IMG/VR virus record: IMGVR_UViG_3300033076_000277
Span: 1,656 to 65,655 of that record
Reading direction: 5' to 3' (one strand)
DNA: 64,000 nucleotides
Source of the DNA: a virus
Lineage: Duplodnaviria; Caudoviricetes
Positions 55,791 to 63,907 of the stretch are shown here, in pieces. The notes beneath the pieces are model-generated. The model saw only the letters and a program-made list of their open reading frames with translations, searched no databases and was not told the origin of the DNA. Position 1 is the first letter of the stretch. The number at the start of each line of letters is the position of its first letter. A program made the position numbers and the translations under genes.

Positions 55791-55993
55791 GCCATTGGGC
55801 CTCGGGCCATAACACCTTTAGTCGCAGCGCCTGTGCCGCGAATCTTGATGCCAGAAGTTTTCACACCGGGGTAGTCATTGCTACGGCGGTTGGCCACAGA
55901 CACGTTTGACTCTTTGTTGAACTTGGTGTTGTTCTTCTCCACGCCAGCTTCCGTAATGGGAGCAGGAGTAGGTTGCTTGTATGTTGTAGCCAT
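55787..55993 (-). CDS. small basic virion protein
   Basis: RGTGAATKG motif. Confidence 0.7.
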   Translation of the reverse strand: MATTYKQPTPAPITEAGVEKNNTKFNKESNVSVANRRSNDYPGVKTSGIKIRGTGAATKGVMARGPMA

Positions 55994-55995
55994 GA

Positions 55996-56226
55996 TTAGC
56001 CTCCGCGACTGGTCTTGCGCTGATTCGCAACACGAGCCAAGTTACGGCCCATCTGCATCATCATTTTGCTTGTGACGCCGCCAGCAGCCAGCTTCAAGGA
56101 TGTGCCCTTGCCGCCTTTATGCTCTTGCTTATCGTGCTGTTTGAAGGCTTTTTTGATCAGAGCAACGTCTTGCTTCTTGTCTGCTTTCATTTCACCCTTC
56201 TCAGAGTGCATTTCCTTTGTAGCCAT
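55996..56226 (-). CDS. small basic protein
   Basis: Start set to MATKEM; K/H-rich, LAAGG. Confidence 0.65.
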   Translation of the reverse strand: MATKEMHSEKGEMKADKKQDVALIKKAFKQHDKQEHKGGKGTSLKLAAGGVTSKMMMQMGRNLARVANQRKTSRGG

Positions 56227-56236
56227 GTTCGACTCC

Positions 56237-56665
56237 TTATGTCGTTGTAACCGTAACTGTACCAACTTCTACGTTAACCACCAAGTAATTTAACGTCAAA
56301 GCTGCATCAAAACTACTTGCCCCACCCACAGGGTTCCATCCCCACTGGTAGATCCTACTACCTTCAGAGGGCAACCCCGCCGCATTTTTTGCTGAACTGT
56401 TGGTCAACGCAATTTGCAAGCCTGTGTTACCAGACTGAACATAGCTTGTGTCGGGACGAGGATCACGCAAGCCTTGTGGATCATCCACGGGGTACATACC
56501 CAACTGCAACTGCGGCTGATCGGGATCCCAACATGTTTTACAAACCAAGAGATTGTAGTTCTTGGTCTTGATAATTTCTTTGCGCAGTTCGGTCAGCTTA
56601 AATTGAAAGCCACAGCGATCGCATATCGAGATCGCATTTTTGCCGGACGCAAACCGATTGCCCAT
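56237..56665 (-). CDS. Zn-binding hypothetical virion-module protein
   Basis: CDRCG...VCKTCWD..QPQL. Confidence 0.75.
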   Translation of the reverse strand: MGNRFASGKNAISICDRCGFQFKLTELRKEIIKTKNYNLLVCKTCWDPDQPQLQLGMYPVDDPQGLRDPRPDTSYVQSGNTGLQIALTNSSAKNAAGLPSEGSRIYQWGWNPVGGASSFDAALTLNYLVVNVEVGTVTVTTT

Positions 56666-57613
56666 TTACGTACCGCTTCCAATGAACATCTGACGAGGCA
56701 CAAAGCGAACAGCCGCTTTTTCATGGTCTTCGCCTGCGGCGCGTTCCCAAGCCTCGTCGTACTGCTGTTTCAGCACGTCCAAACGCTGCAAGCCCTCTGG
56801 GACTTTAAGCGCGATGTAGTAAGCAAGCCCAGCGGCCAAGCAGGGCACAAAACGAAATGGCACGTCCATGGTTTTTGTACCGCCACCAGCATCTTGAATA
56901 CGGCGCATGCGCCAGTAGACAAACTGGTAAGTTGTACCTGCGTTGGGGGTCGGCCACACAGTGATACTGTTCTTCTGAACCAAACTCATAGCAGCGCCCG
57001 TAGCGTGAGAAGCCGCCGTTGTCCCATCCTGACCGCGTGTGCAGTTGTACAGGTAAGCTGGGGTAGTATCGGTGGCTGGCGCAGTCTCGTTGAAACCAAT
57101 CAGCTCTGTACCAATCTGTATAAAACCTGCTGTCGGAATTCCGACAAGAGAGGTCACAGGAATGGTTGTGGCCGCCGCATCAATGGTGGACTGCACCGTG
57201 CCCGCCAAAAGGCTTGAACCCCCTGTCAGACGCTGTACCCAAACCTGAATAGGACGGCCTTGGGTAAGTTTATTTGGGATAGTGGCATACGTGGGCATGC
57301 TGATGCGCGTAATCGTCAGGTCGGCCTGATTTGAGGCTACGTTGGCGTTAGTTCTGATGACATGGTCAAGCAAGTCAACTGTGTCGTCTGGAAGCGCATA
57401 AGTGGGTTGCCCCTGCACCAGTGTGATGGTGTTCTGCTCGAACGTCCACATGTTGATGCCACGGTTGGCCCAATCCGCAAACAGCAAATTCAGCGAACGA
57501 CGCGCTGTGCGCAGGTCATAACCTGTGCGAAGCTCAGAACCCGCCCGCTCAAAAGCCTCCTCAACCATGTCGTTGAGGTCAAGGTTAAACGAGGTGAGTC
57601 CTGAAGTTGTCAT
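56666..57613 (-). CDS. neck/adaptor protein with inserted fibre-type module
   Basis: EEAFERAG...ARRSLNLLF..WANRG; insert TTIPVTS...IGTELI...CTRG.DGT.AASH. Confidence 0.7.
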   Translation of the reverse strand: MTTSGLTSFNLDLNDMVEEAFERAGSELRTGYDLRTARRSLNLLFADWANRGINMWTFEQNTITLVQGQPTYALPDDTVDLLDHVIRTNANVASNQADLTITRISMPTYATIPNKLTQGRPIQVWVQRLTGGSSLLAGTVQSTIDAAATTIPVTSLVGIPTAGFIQIGTELIGFNETAPATDTTPAYLYNCTRGQDGTTAASHATGAAMSLVQKNSITVWPTPNAGTTYQFVYWRMRRIQDAGGGTKTMDVPFRFVPCLAAGLAYYIALKVPEGLQRLDVLKQQYDEAWERAAGEDHEKAAVRFVPRQMFIGSGT

Positions 57614-57783
57614 TTCATGCCTTTAAGAGTCTGTGCCAAACGCGCACGTTGACCCATTTTGCCGGGCTTTTTGGCGGCTGCTGCCAGCTTCTTTGCTGGA
57701 ATAGGCTCGCCCTTTTTAGCACCAAGTGCAGAGCGCAGGGCTCCGGGCTTCTTGATTGCTTTTTGAATCCACTTTTCAGCCAT
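57610..57783 (-). CDS. 57-aa Lys/Ala-rich protein (MAEKWIQKAIKKPGALR...)
   Basis: Not in ORF track; coupled at both ends. Confidence 0.75.
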   Translation of the reverse strand: MAEKWIQKAIKKPGALRSALGAKKGEPIPAKKLAAAAKKPGKMGQRARLAQTLKGMK

Positions 57784-58016
57784 TATCTGAACCCCGCAGT
57801 TTTCTTTGCAATAGTCTTTGGCTGGGCAACAAACTGTTTCCCCGCCTTTTTGCCAGCACGTTTAGCCCGTGTTGTCGCCGCGTATTCCGCAGGGCTCAAA
57901 GCCTTGATTGCCGCGCTTGGTAAATACCTCTCCCCCGTCTTGCTAGACGGCTTGCCGGACTTGGTGCGCCACTTCTGGTCTGTCCAGTCCTTGAGAGATT
58001 TTTGCGGGGCTTTCAA
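57783..58016 (-). CDS. basic protein, C-terminal half of DUF5872-like family
   Basis: SLKDWTDQKW...ERYLP..AIKALS..EYAAT.RAKR. Confidence 0.75.
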   Translation of the reverse strand: MKAPQKSLKDWTDQKWRTKSGKPSSKTGERYLPSAAIKALSPAEYAATTRAKRAGKKAGKQFVAQPKTIAKKTAGFR

Positions 58017-58189
58017 TCTCTGTAACCTCCGCCTGCCGCCTTGTACTTCTTGGCAACAAGCTGCGCTTTACGGGCCGACCACTGGCCAGCTTTGGTTCCC
58101 TGAGTCGCGGATGCTTTCACCTGCGCCACAATCTTCTTGCGAAGAGTTGGCTTTGTGTAGTTACCAGCAGCGTTGACTTTGGAAGCCAT
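58013..58189 (-). CDS. basic protein, N-terminal half of DUF5872-like family
   Basis: Not in ORF track; YTKPTLRKKI...GQWSARKAQLVAKKYKAAGGGY. Confidence 0.75.
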   Translation of the reverse strand: MASKVNAAGNYTKPTLRKKIVAQVKASATQGTKAGQWSARKAQLVAKKYKAAGGGYRD

Positions 58190-58356
58190 TACTTCTTACC
58201 CTTCATGTAGCCGCCACCACAAGCGCAATCAGCCTCTTTGACCTTGCCACCACGCTTGTACATCTCGACCTTGTTCGGATCATCCTTACGGGTGATCGTC
58301 TTAGGTTTAGGCATTTTGGAGGGCGCAATAGCGCCCATCCCCCGGCTGGCCATCAT
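58189..58356 (-). CDS. 55-aa basic protein (MMASRGMGAI...)
   Basis: Not in ORF track; TAATG coupling. Confidence 0.7.
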   Translation of the reverse strand: MMASRGMGAIAPSKMPKPKTITRKDDPNKVEMYKRGGKVKEADCACGGGYMKGKK

Positions 58357-58359
58357 GAT

Positions 58360-58770
58360 TTAGCACTTACCGCCGTAAGCCATCTTCTTGGTCATGCCAC
58401 CCTTTTTCATACCCAAGGGTGTGCTGCCTTTCATAGCGATCATTGTGCCTTTGGTCTTGCCTTTAGAAGCAATACCGTCACGGCTAGGAGCCGCTGTGCG
58501 CACTGAACCCATTTTGGCAGTCGTGATGCCGTTGTTTTTTGTAGCCATGGTAGAACCACCTTCTTTAAAAAAAGCCATTTTCCCGTGATCGGTTTTAGGC
58601 TTGTTGATTTTCTGGATGTCGGTACGACCGCCAGACCCAAACTTCTTACCCTTGTCGGCTTGGAGAAAATCTTCACCAACACTTTGTTTAATCCCAACCT
58701 TCTTGGCAAACGCAGGGTTTTTGGCCACTGCCGCCATGAAGTTGTGCTGTTTTTTGCTTGTGCTAGGCAT
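58360..58770 (-). CDS. basic protein with repeated xxGG motifs
   Basis: Start set to MPSTSKKQ; FGSGG, FKEGG, MKKGG, MAYGG. Confidence 0.75.
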   Translation of the reverse strand: MPSTSKKQHNFMAAVAKNPAFAKKVGIKQSVGEDFLQADKGKKFGSGGRTDIQKINKPKTDHGKMAFFKEGGSTMATKNNGITTAKMGSVRTAAPSRDGIASKGKTKGTMIAMKGSTPLGMKKGGMTKKMAYGGKC

Positions 58771-59018
58771 CACTTGCCCCAAGGCAAAGCATGAATAATT
58801 TGCGTTACCGCTGCACCAAGAACACCGCCTGCACCGCCAAGCAACATCAACATCTTCCACCCACCTTTGGCTTCGGAAAGCGTTTTGTCAATGTCGCTAA
58901 GCGTCTTCTGCATAACGGCCATGCTCGCAACCAACTTGTCCATGTCGTCTTGCAGATGTGCAATATCTGCTGCATGGGTTGCCAGTTCTCGGGCAGTCAT
59001 GATGTCTTTGTCATCCAT
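58770..59018 (-). CDS. coiled-coil plus C-terminal TM protein
   Basis: Heptad helix then WKMLMLLGGAGGVLGAAV. Confidence 0.7.
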   Translation of the reverse strand: MDDKDIMTARELATHAADIAHLQDDMDKLVASMAVMQKTLSDIDKTLSEAKGGWKMLMLLGGAGGVLGAAVTQIIHALPWGK

Positions 59019-59019
59019 G

Positions 59020-59274
59020 TTAGCAATTCCAAGCCCGAAGGCTCTTGTTGATACGGGAGTTCGGGTCTTTCTTGGCCTTCTCTCCGGTTAACTTTTTCTT
59101 CATGCCTTCCATGCGGGCGCAGAAAGAGTCGCGGCGTTTGCCGCCCTCTGGTTGAGGGCGCTTCAGGCCCGGTTTCCCGGGGTTCGCTGCGTTGTACGAG
59201 GCCCGTCCCTTGGCATTCAAGCCGCCCTTGGGGTTCTTGCCCTCTTTGCGTTGCCATGCTGGAGACTTAGCCAT
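59020..59274 (-). CDS. small basic protein
   Basis: EGKNPKGGLNAKGRASY...RRDSFCARM...SLRAWNC. Confidence 0.8.
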   Translation of the reverse strand: MAKSPAWQRKEGKNPKGGLNAKGRASYNAANPGKPGLKRPQPEGGKRRDSFCARMEGMKKKLTGEKAKKDPNSRINKSLRAWNC

Positions 59275-59575
59275 AGATTAACATCGCCGAGTCGACGTTG
59301 GTGATAGCCGCATAAACTCCGGTACGCACCAAAACACCCTCGCCGGGCATCAAGATGTAGTATGTGCCTTGGTTTGCAGCGGTTGGCGTGCTAATTGTGC
59401 CGATTGGTTTGCCTGTGTTATCAGCACCGTCATACAAAACCAATGTACCAGCTAAGGCAGCAGCAGTTCCGTAGATTGCTTTGATACGACAAGGGCCAAG
59501 CACAGCACCAGACTGTGTTTTAAACGTGTTTGAGCTGCCAAGCGGCTGCGTTAGCAGTACGTCTGTTTGCATCAT
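59267..59575 (-). CDS. small beta-rich virion protein
   Basis: AAGGAG SD; GEGVL...Y pattern. Confidence 0.7.
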   Translation of the reverse strand: MMQTDVLLTQPLGSSNTFKTQSGAVLGPCRIKAIYGTAAALAGTLVLYDGADNTGKPIGTISTPTAANQGTYYILMPGEGVLVRTGVYAAITNVDSAMLIYG

Positions 59576-59589
59576 AATCAAGCTCCTTT

Positions 59590-59609
59590 AAAAACGGGGC
59601 CGAAGCCCC
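59590..59609 (-). terminator. intrinsic terminator
   Basis: - strand GGGGC-TTCG-GCCCC-GTTTTT (cUUCGg tetraloop). Confidence 0.75.
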
Positions 59610-59619
59610 TTGGGGTTGA

Positions 59620-60084
59620 TTAGTTCTGGAATGCAGTAGGAGCCTGAGCACCATCAGAATTACGCACAGCGTAAGTAACGATGATGGTTGCAGCGCCAGT
59701 GGTCAAAGAAGTACCAGCCAGTGTGTAAGTGATGATGGCATCAGTCGCACCAACGTTCAACCAACCGCCGGGGGTAGTTGCGTTAGCGCCCAAAGCCACG
59801 CTACCAACGCTGGTGATCGTGCCGGTGGTTGTGAAATCTGTACCGCCAATGCTCAATTTGCAGGTTGTGGCTGCACTGAACACAGTGGTTGTGACAACTT
59901 TAACGTCAACGATTTGGGAACCGGCAGGAACAACAACTGCATTACCAGTCAGTGTGCCGTAGACAACGTTAGCGCTTTGTGAAACAACTGTGCAGCCTGT
60001 GTTTTGAATCGTGCCAGCAGTAGTGCCAGTAGTGTTTTTAACAGTACCAAGCAACCAAGGGCCAAGGTGTGTTGCGAATCCCAT
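59620..60084 (-). CDS. putative capsid decoration / minor capsid protein
   Basis: T/G/A-rich, VPAGSQIVDVKV.VTTVF pattern; follows MCP. Confidence 0.65.
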   Translation of the reverse strand: MGFATHLGPWLLGTVKNTTGTTAGTIQNTGCTVVSQSANVVYGTLTGNAVVVPAGSQIVDVKVVTTTVFSAATTCKLSIGGTDFTTTGTITSVGSVALGANATTPGGWLNVGATDAIITYTLAGTSLTTGAATIIVTYAVRNSDGAQAPTAFQN

Positions 60085-60096
60085 GATGTATTCCTT

Positions 60097-60165
60097 ACAT
60101 ACAAGTCAAAGCGCATCAGTCGGTATGTCGTCTGCCGGGACAGTTTGATGCACCGGAAAGCCCGG
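60097..60165 (-). ncRNA. candidate pseudoknotted 5' leader RNA
   Basis: GTGCATCA/TGATGCGC stem; loop ACATAC pairs with GTATGT next to SD; 5' CCGG/CCGG hairpin. Confidence 0.55.
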
Positions 60166-60174
60166 ATTGAGTGC

Positions 60175-60203
60175 AATATACAACAAAAGAAAAACAGATG
60201 CAA
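60175..60203 (-). promoter_or_regulatory. sigma70 promoter
   Basis: TTGCAT-17-TATATT. Confidence 0.8.
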
Positions 60204-60208
60204 CAAAT

Positions 60209-60234
60209 AAAAAAGCCACCCGAAGGTGGCTTTT
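60209..60234 (-). terminator. bidirectional intrinsic terminator after MCP
   Basis: AAAAGCCACC-CGAA-GGTGGCTTTT; U6 tract on - strand. Confidence 0.85.
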
Positions 60235-60269
60235 CTACGGCCGGGAACTCCCAACCCTTTAAAGGCTCA

Positions 60270-61199
60270 TTAAGAACCTTGTGAACCCCACATACCGAGG
60301 GGATCAGACCAGCCGAAGCTGTAACGCTCACGAGACTTGTAGCGAACGTTACCTGTGTCGAAGTCACCGTCCATGCTGTTTTGCAAGGCGATACGCTCGA
60401 AGTGCTTCATGCCGTTTGGCACGTCAGTCAACAAATACCAGCCGTTGCTGTCTGTCAAGAAGTGGTTGACAGTGTAGCCTTCAGGGATTGCACCCATCTG
60501 CTTCAACGCGTTGATATCGTTGTCGGTTGTACCAACACGCAATTCGGTGTCAAGCAAACGCTTAGCAACGAACATCAATGCTGGAGGAACAACCATCTTA
60601 CGGGGCTTAGCAGCGATCAGCAAACCACGCTCGTCTGTCCAAGCAGCGATCTGGATCACAGCGTTTTCCAAAGATGTTTCGTTCAAGTCAACGCCAGTGG
60701 CTGGGCTGTTGTAGTTCACACCACCGTTAACGAGTGGGTGGCCAACACGTGAGCCGCCAGAGCTCACGCCGAACAAAGAAACACCGTCACCGCCCAAGTA
60801 TGAACCGCTAAAGCCGTTGTTGATAACGGAAGCAGCCTTAACTTGCTTGGTGTAAGCCATAGCACGTGCCAAAGCTTTGGTGTAACGAGCTGACAAGGAG
60901 TCATACAAGTTATCTTCCACAGCTTCTTCAGTGATACTGAAGCCCAGAGCGATTGTCTCGTGGTTGTAGCGTGCAGTGAAGGCTTCTTGTGCGTTGTCAT
61001 AAGAAAGGGCTTGACCCTCGTTCTTGACAGGCGCAGCAGCGAAACCAGCCAGCTTTGTCTCTTCTTCGAAGCTACGCTCAGATTTCTCTGTTTCGTAGAT
61101 CTCTTTGTGCTCTTCGCCGTAACGGGCGTATTCCATGCCGAACAAAGCGTTCAGACCGGGGAGCAACTCTTTAAGTAGTTGTGCGCGTGAAATTGCCAT
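60270..61199 (-). CDS. major capsid protein
   Basis: MAISRAQLLKELLPGLNALFG...P..LVVPP.L...GDFDTGNVRYKSRERYSFG. Confidence 0.9.
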   Translation of the reverse strand: MAISRAQLLKELLPGLNALFGMEYARYGEEHKEIYETEKSERSFEEETKLAGFAAAPVKNEGQALSYDNAQEAFTARYNHETIALGFSITEEAVEDNLYDSLSARYTKALARAMAYTKQVKAASVINNGFSGSYLGGDGVSLFGVSSGGSRVGHPLVNGGVNYNSPATGVDLNETSLENAVIQIAAWTDERGLLIAAKPRKMVVPPALMFVAKRLLDTELRVGTTDNDINALKQMGAIPEGYTVNHFLTDSNGWYLLTDVPNGMKHFERIALQNSMDGDFDTGNVRYKSRERYSFGWSDPLGMWGSQGS

Positions 61200-61215
61200 G
61201 GTGAATTACTCCTAA

Positions 61216-61833
61216 TTACAGACCAACAGCGTTGCTGTATGAATGATATCCGGGGTTGAACTTCACCAGAATGTCAGTGTAAGCGTCGCCGGGGGCTTGG
61301 TTGGGGCCTTGTGCAAAACCAACAATGCGGAAAGCCGCAGATGCAGTTTGTGACGTAGCCGACACAGCAATATTGCTGTTACCAGATGTGGTTGAACCAG
61401 TGCTGGTGCTCTGAGCGTTAGCCAAGAACACGTTCTCGCCCAATTTAGCTTGAGCAACTGCACCGTCAGCCTGCACTTGGAACACAGCACGGTCGTCGTC
61501 AACAACGAAAGCGATAGCGTTCAAAGAGTTTGCTGGGTAGTACTGTGAGTAAATTGTCTGGCCTTGAGCATTGACGTAGGAGCAACCAACGAAAACACCA
61601 ACAGCACCAGTCAATGTGGTACCAGCGGGGAATGCGTTTGTTGTAGCGTCAGCGCCTGTGGCTGTAGCCAATTGCAGATAACCGGTAGACGCCACATAAA
61701 CAATGCTGCCATTGAAAATGTTGGTGCCATAACCGGCGGGGTTGATTGCGAACGAGCGAGTGCTACCAGCGTATGGTAGGCCACCCAACTCATTCACGGC
61801 TTTGAAGCCGTAGGGAGAAGCAGTAGATGCCAT
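61216..61833 (-). CDS. head decoration/structural protein
   Basis: PYGFKAV...VGVFVGCSY...DD..AVF.VQAD; directly upstream of MCP. Confidence 0.7.
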   Translation of the reverse strand: MASTASPYGFKAVNELGGLPYAGSTRSFAINPAGYGTNIFNGSIVYVASTGYLQLATATGADATTNAFPAGTTLTGAVGVFVGCSYVNAQGQTIYSQYYPANSLNAIAFVVDDDRAVFQVQADGAVAQAKLGENVFLANAQSTSTGSTTSGNSNIAVSATSQTASAAFRIVGFAQGPNQAPGDAYTDILVKFNPGYHSYSNAVGL

Positions 61834-61849
61834 TTAAGGACTCCTAAGT

Positions 61850-62305
61850 TTATTTAGAACCATTTCCAAATCCACCACGTGTTGATGTCGACTTGCGTTC
61901 GGCAAACAACGGCATGCGTGAATCGTTTTGTCGCATGAAGCTATTGTCAACTGAGTCCATCTGGTTTTGAGCTTGCTGGTCGTAATACTCTTTACGGGCT
62001 TCGAATTTCTCGCGTGGCATCTTGCAAAGCATGAGGCCGCCAATTTCAACGTTGCCAGTTTTTTCATTACCCATCATCATCAATTCCGGATGGTCCTCAG
62101 CCTTCACCGGTACCCAACCTTCACGCATTTTGCGAGACACGTTGGTTACTTCCGACTGTCCCAGAACGTGCGTAGCCACCCAGTGGTACACCCAGCCCGG
62201 TTCAGGCGTTGGATCAGGCAGATTGCTCGGCGGTACGTATACAGCACGAACAGATTTTTCGCGTGTCGTCAGATCACGGTTTTTGCGGTCAATTGTTTCA
62301 GCCAT
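61850..62305 (-). CDS. conserved head-module protein
   Basis: LPDPTPEPGWVYHW...REGWVPV...GGLMLCK. Confidence 0.75.
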   Translation of the reverse strand: MAETIDRKNRDLTTREKSVRAVYVPPSNLPDPTPEPGWVYHWVATHVLGQSEVTNVSRKMREGWVPVKAEDHPELMMMGNEKTGNVEIGGLMLCKMPREKFEARKEYYDQQAQNQMDSVDNSFMRQNDSRMPLFAERKSTSTRGGFGNGSK

Positions 62306-62306
62306 T

Positions 62307-63263
62307 TCAGTTCTCCAGTTTCGCTACTTGTGCAGCATATTGCTGCGGGGTCAATCCGAGTTTCTTCGCCAACGCAACTTGCGTAGTCGTCAGCTTGATC
62401 TTTCCTGCGCTCGTAGAACGAGACACAGCGGCAACCACTGTCGTAGGTTTCTTTTGAACCTCACCAGACCTTGGCTTGTCTTCGCTCCGACCAAACAGAT
62501 CAGGAAACGTTGACTTCATGCGAGCGTCAATTTGCTCGAAGTATTCAGCAGAGCGGGGATCCACTCCGTTTGTGACTAGCTTTTGATGCAGCCCTAGTGC
62601 GTAGCTGGTGTATTCCTCAAACCCGGGGGAACCAAACCACTGGTTTTTTGCCTGCCAGCGCAGTGTCTTTTCGTCCGGTTCAACCTTTGCAGGTTGGGTT
62701 TGTGGCGTTTGTACATCAAATTTTTCTTCCTGTAAAGGGGCAGGTCGAAAATTCTTTGTTTGTTCGACTTTGATTTTTGCATCCATCACCTCTTCTTGAG
62801 CGGCAAGGATTGCATCAGTGTCGTATGCTTCTTGAGCAGCTTTTAGTTTAGCGCGTGCTTCGCGCAACTCAACCTCTGCTTTGGACTTTGCGCTCTCAAT
62901 GATCGCTTCTTGTCCTGTGTAAACGTTTTGCTTGAGGCGTTTGTTCTCCTCAATCAACTGCTGTGCTAGACGCTCCAGCTCTTGTTTCTCACGCATCGTG
63001 GCTTCTTTGACGCGGCGCTCGTCATGACGGGCATGCGTCAACTCTTTGATGCGGTTCTTGACTTTGTCTGAGTATGACTCGATCTCTTCCTCAGAAGGGT
63101 CTTCCACTTCCTTGTCCAGCGGCTTGCGGCCTCTGTCTTGGGGAGGCGTGTCGTCCTCAATCTCAATGTCTACGTCACCGTCTGTTTCGATTTCAAAGTC
63201 GACCTCGTCGGTCTTCTTGTCTTCGACTTCGTCGGGGAACTTAAATTCGTCCTTCATAGCCAT
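62307..63263 (-). CDS. capsid scaffolding protein
   Basis: Acidic N-terminus, long coiled coil, C-terminal LT..QVALAKKLGLT..QYA. Confidence 0.75.
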   Translation of the reverse strand: MAMKDEFKFPDEVEDKKTDEVDFEIETDGDVDIEIEDDTPPQDRGRKPLDKEVEDPSEEEIESYSDKVKNRIKELTHARHDERRVKEATMREKQELERLAQQLIEENKRLKQNVYTGQEAIIESAKSKAEVELREARAKLKAAQEAYDTDAILAAQEEVMDAKIKVEQTKNFRPAPLQEEKFDVQTPQTQPAKVEPDEKTLRWQAKNQWFGSPGFEEYTSYALGLHQKLVTNGVDPRSAEYFEQIDARMKSTFPDLFGRSEDKPRSGEVQKKPTTVVAAVSRSTSAGKIKLTTTQVALAKKLGLTPQQYAAQVAKLEN

Positions 63264-63273
63264 ATTCTTCCTT

Positions 63274-63720
63274 TCAAGCGCGGGTCAGGCCGCGAGGGTC
63301 TAGCACAACAGCATCAACTTGGTCATCGTTGATGAGACGGAACTCCTTGCCAAAGATCTTGAATCTTGTGCCGGAGTAAGTACGCACCAAGACGAAGTCG
63401 CCTTCTTTACACCATGCTCCGTTGGGGAACTTGGCCGTGTCTTTGTACGCATCGGGGCCTACGCGCAAAACAAACAACACCGTGGTGGCATGTTCTTCTT
63501 GGCGCAAACTGGCGGTATCTCTCACGAGATCCAGTGATGTACCTGCAATCTTTTGGTCGACTTCAGGGACTACGCAGAGCAACTTCCAACCTGTGGGGGT
63601 GGGCAGTGCACCTGCTTTTGTTTCGTTGTCATCGTCTTCCTCTGGTTTGTCCATTGGTTGAATATGGGGCGGCAACGAAATACCGGGAGGCAGGATCAAT
63701 CCTGATTCAGATTCCATCAT
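63274..63720 (-). CDS. groES: GroES-like co-chaperonin
   Basis: PTGWKLL...VLRVGPDAY...CKEGDFVL...YSG..F...EFRLINDDQVDAVV. Confidence 0.85.
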   Translation of the reverse strand: MMESESGLILPPGISLPPHIQPMDKPEEDDDNETKAGALPTPTGWKLLCVVPEVDQKIAGTSLDLVRDTASLRQEEHATTVLFVLRVGPDAYKDTAKFPNGAWCKEGDFVLVRTYSGTRFKIFGKEFRLINDDQVDAVVLDPRGLTRA

Positions 63721-63907
63721 TTGCTTTTTCGACTTTCTCAAGCAGGTCAAGTAGATAACGCTCTGCGAGTGCTAGACCCGAAATAACACCACAGAGTTTT
63801 TGGTATTCCTCAAAGGAACGACAGATACCACCAGCCAAGTCGTCGGCATAGTTGTTCATGTCTTTACGTATTTGGTCGCGCAATACGTGTGCGAAGTCTT
63901 GGATCAT
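63707..63907 (-). CDS. small conserved hypothetical protein
   Basis: 66 aa; LAGG...EEYQKLCGVISGL. Confidence 0.75.
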   Translation of the reverse strand: MIQDFAHVLRDQIRKDMNNYADDLAGGICRSFEEYQKLCGVISGLALAERYLLDLLEKVEKANDGI

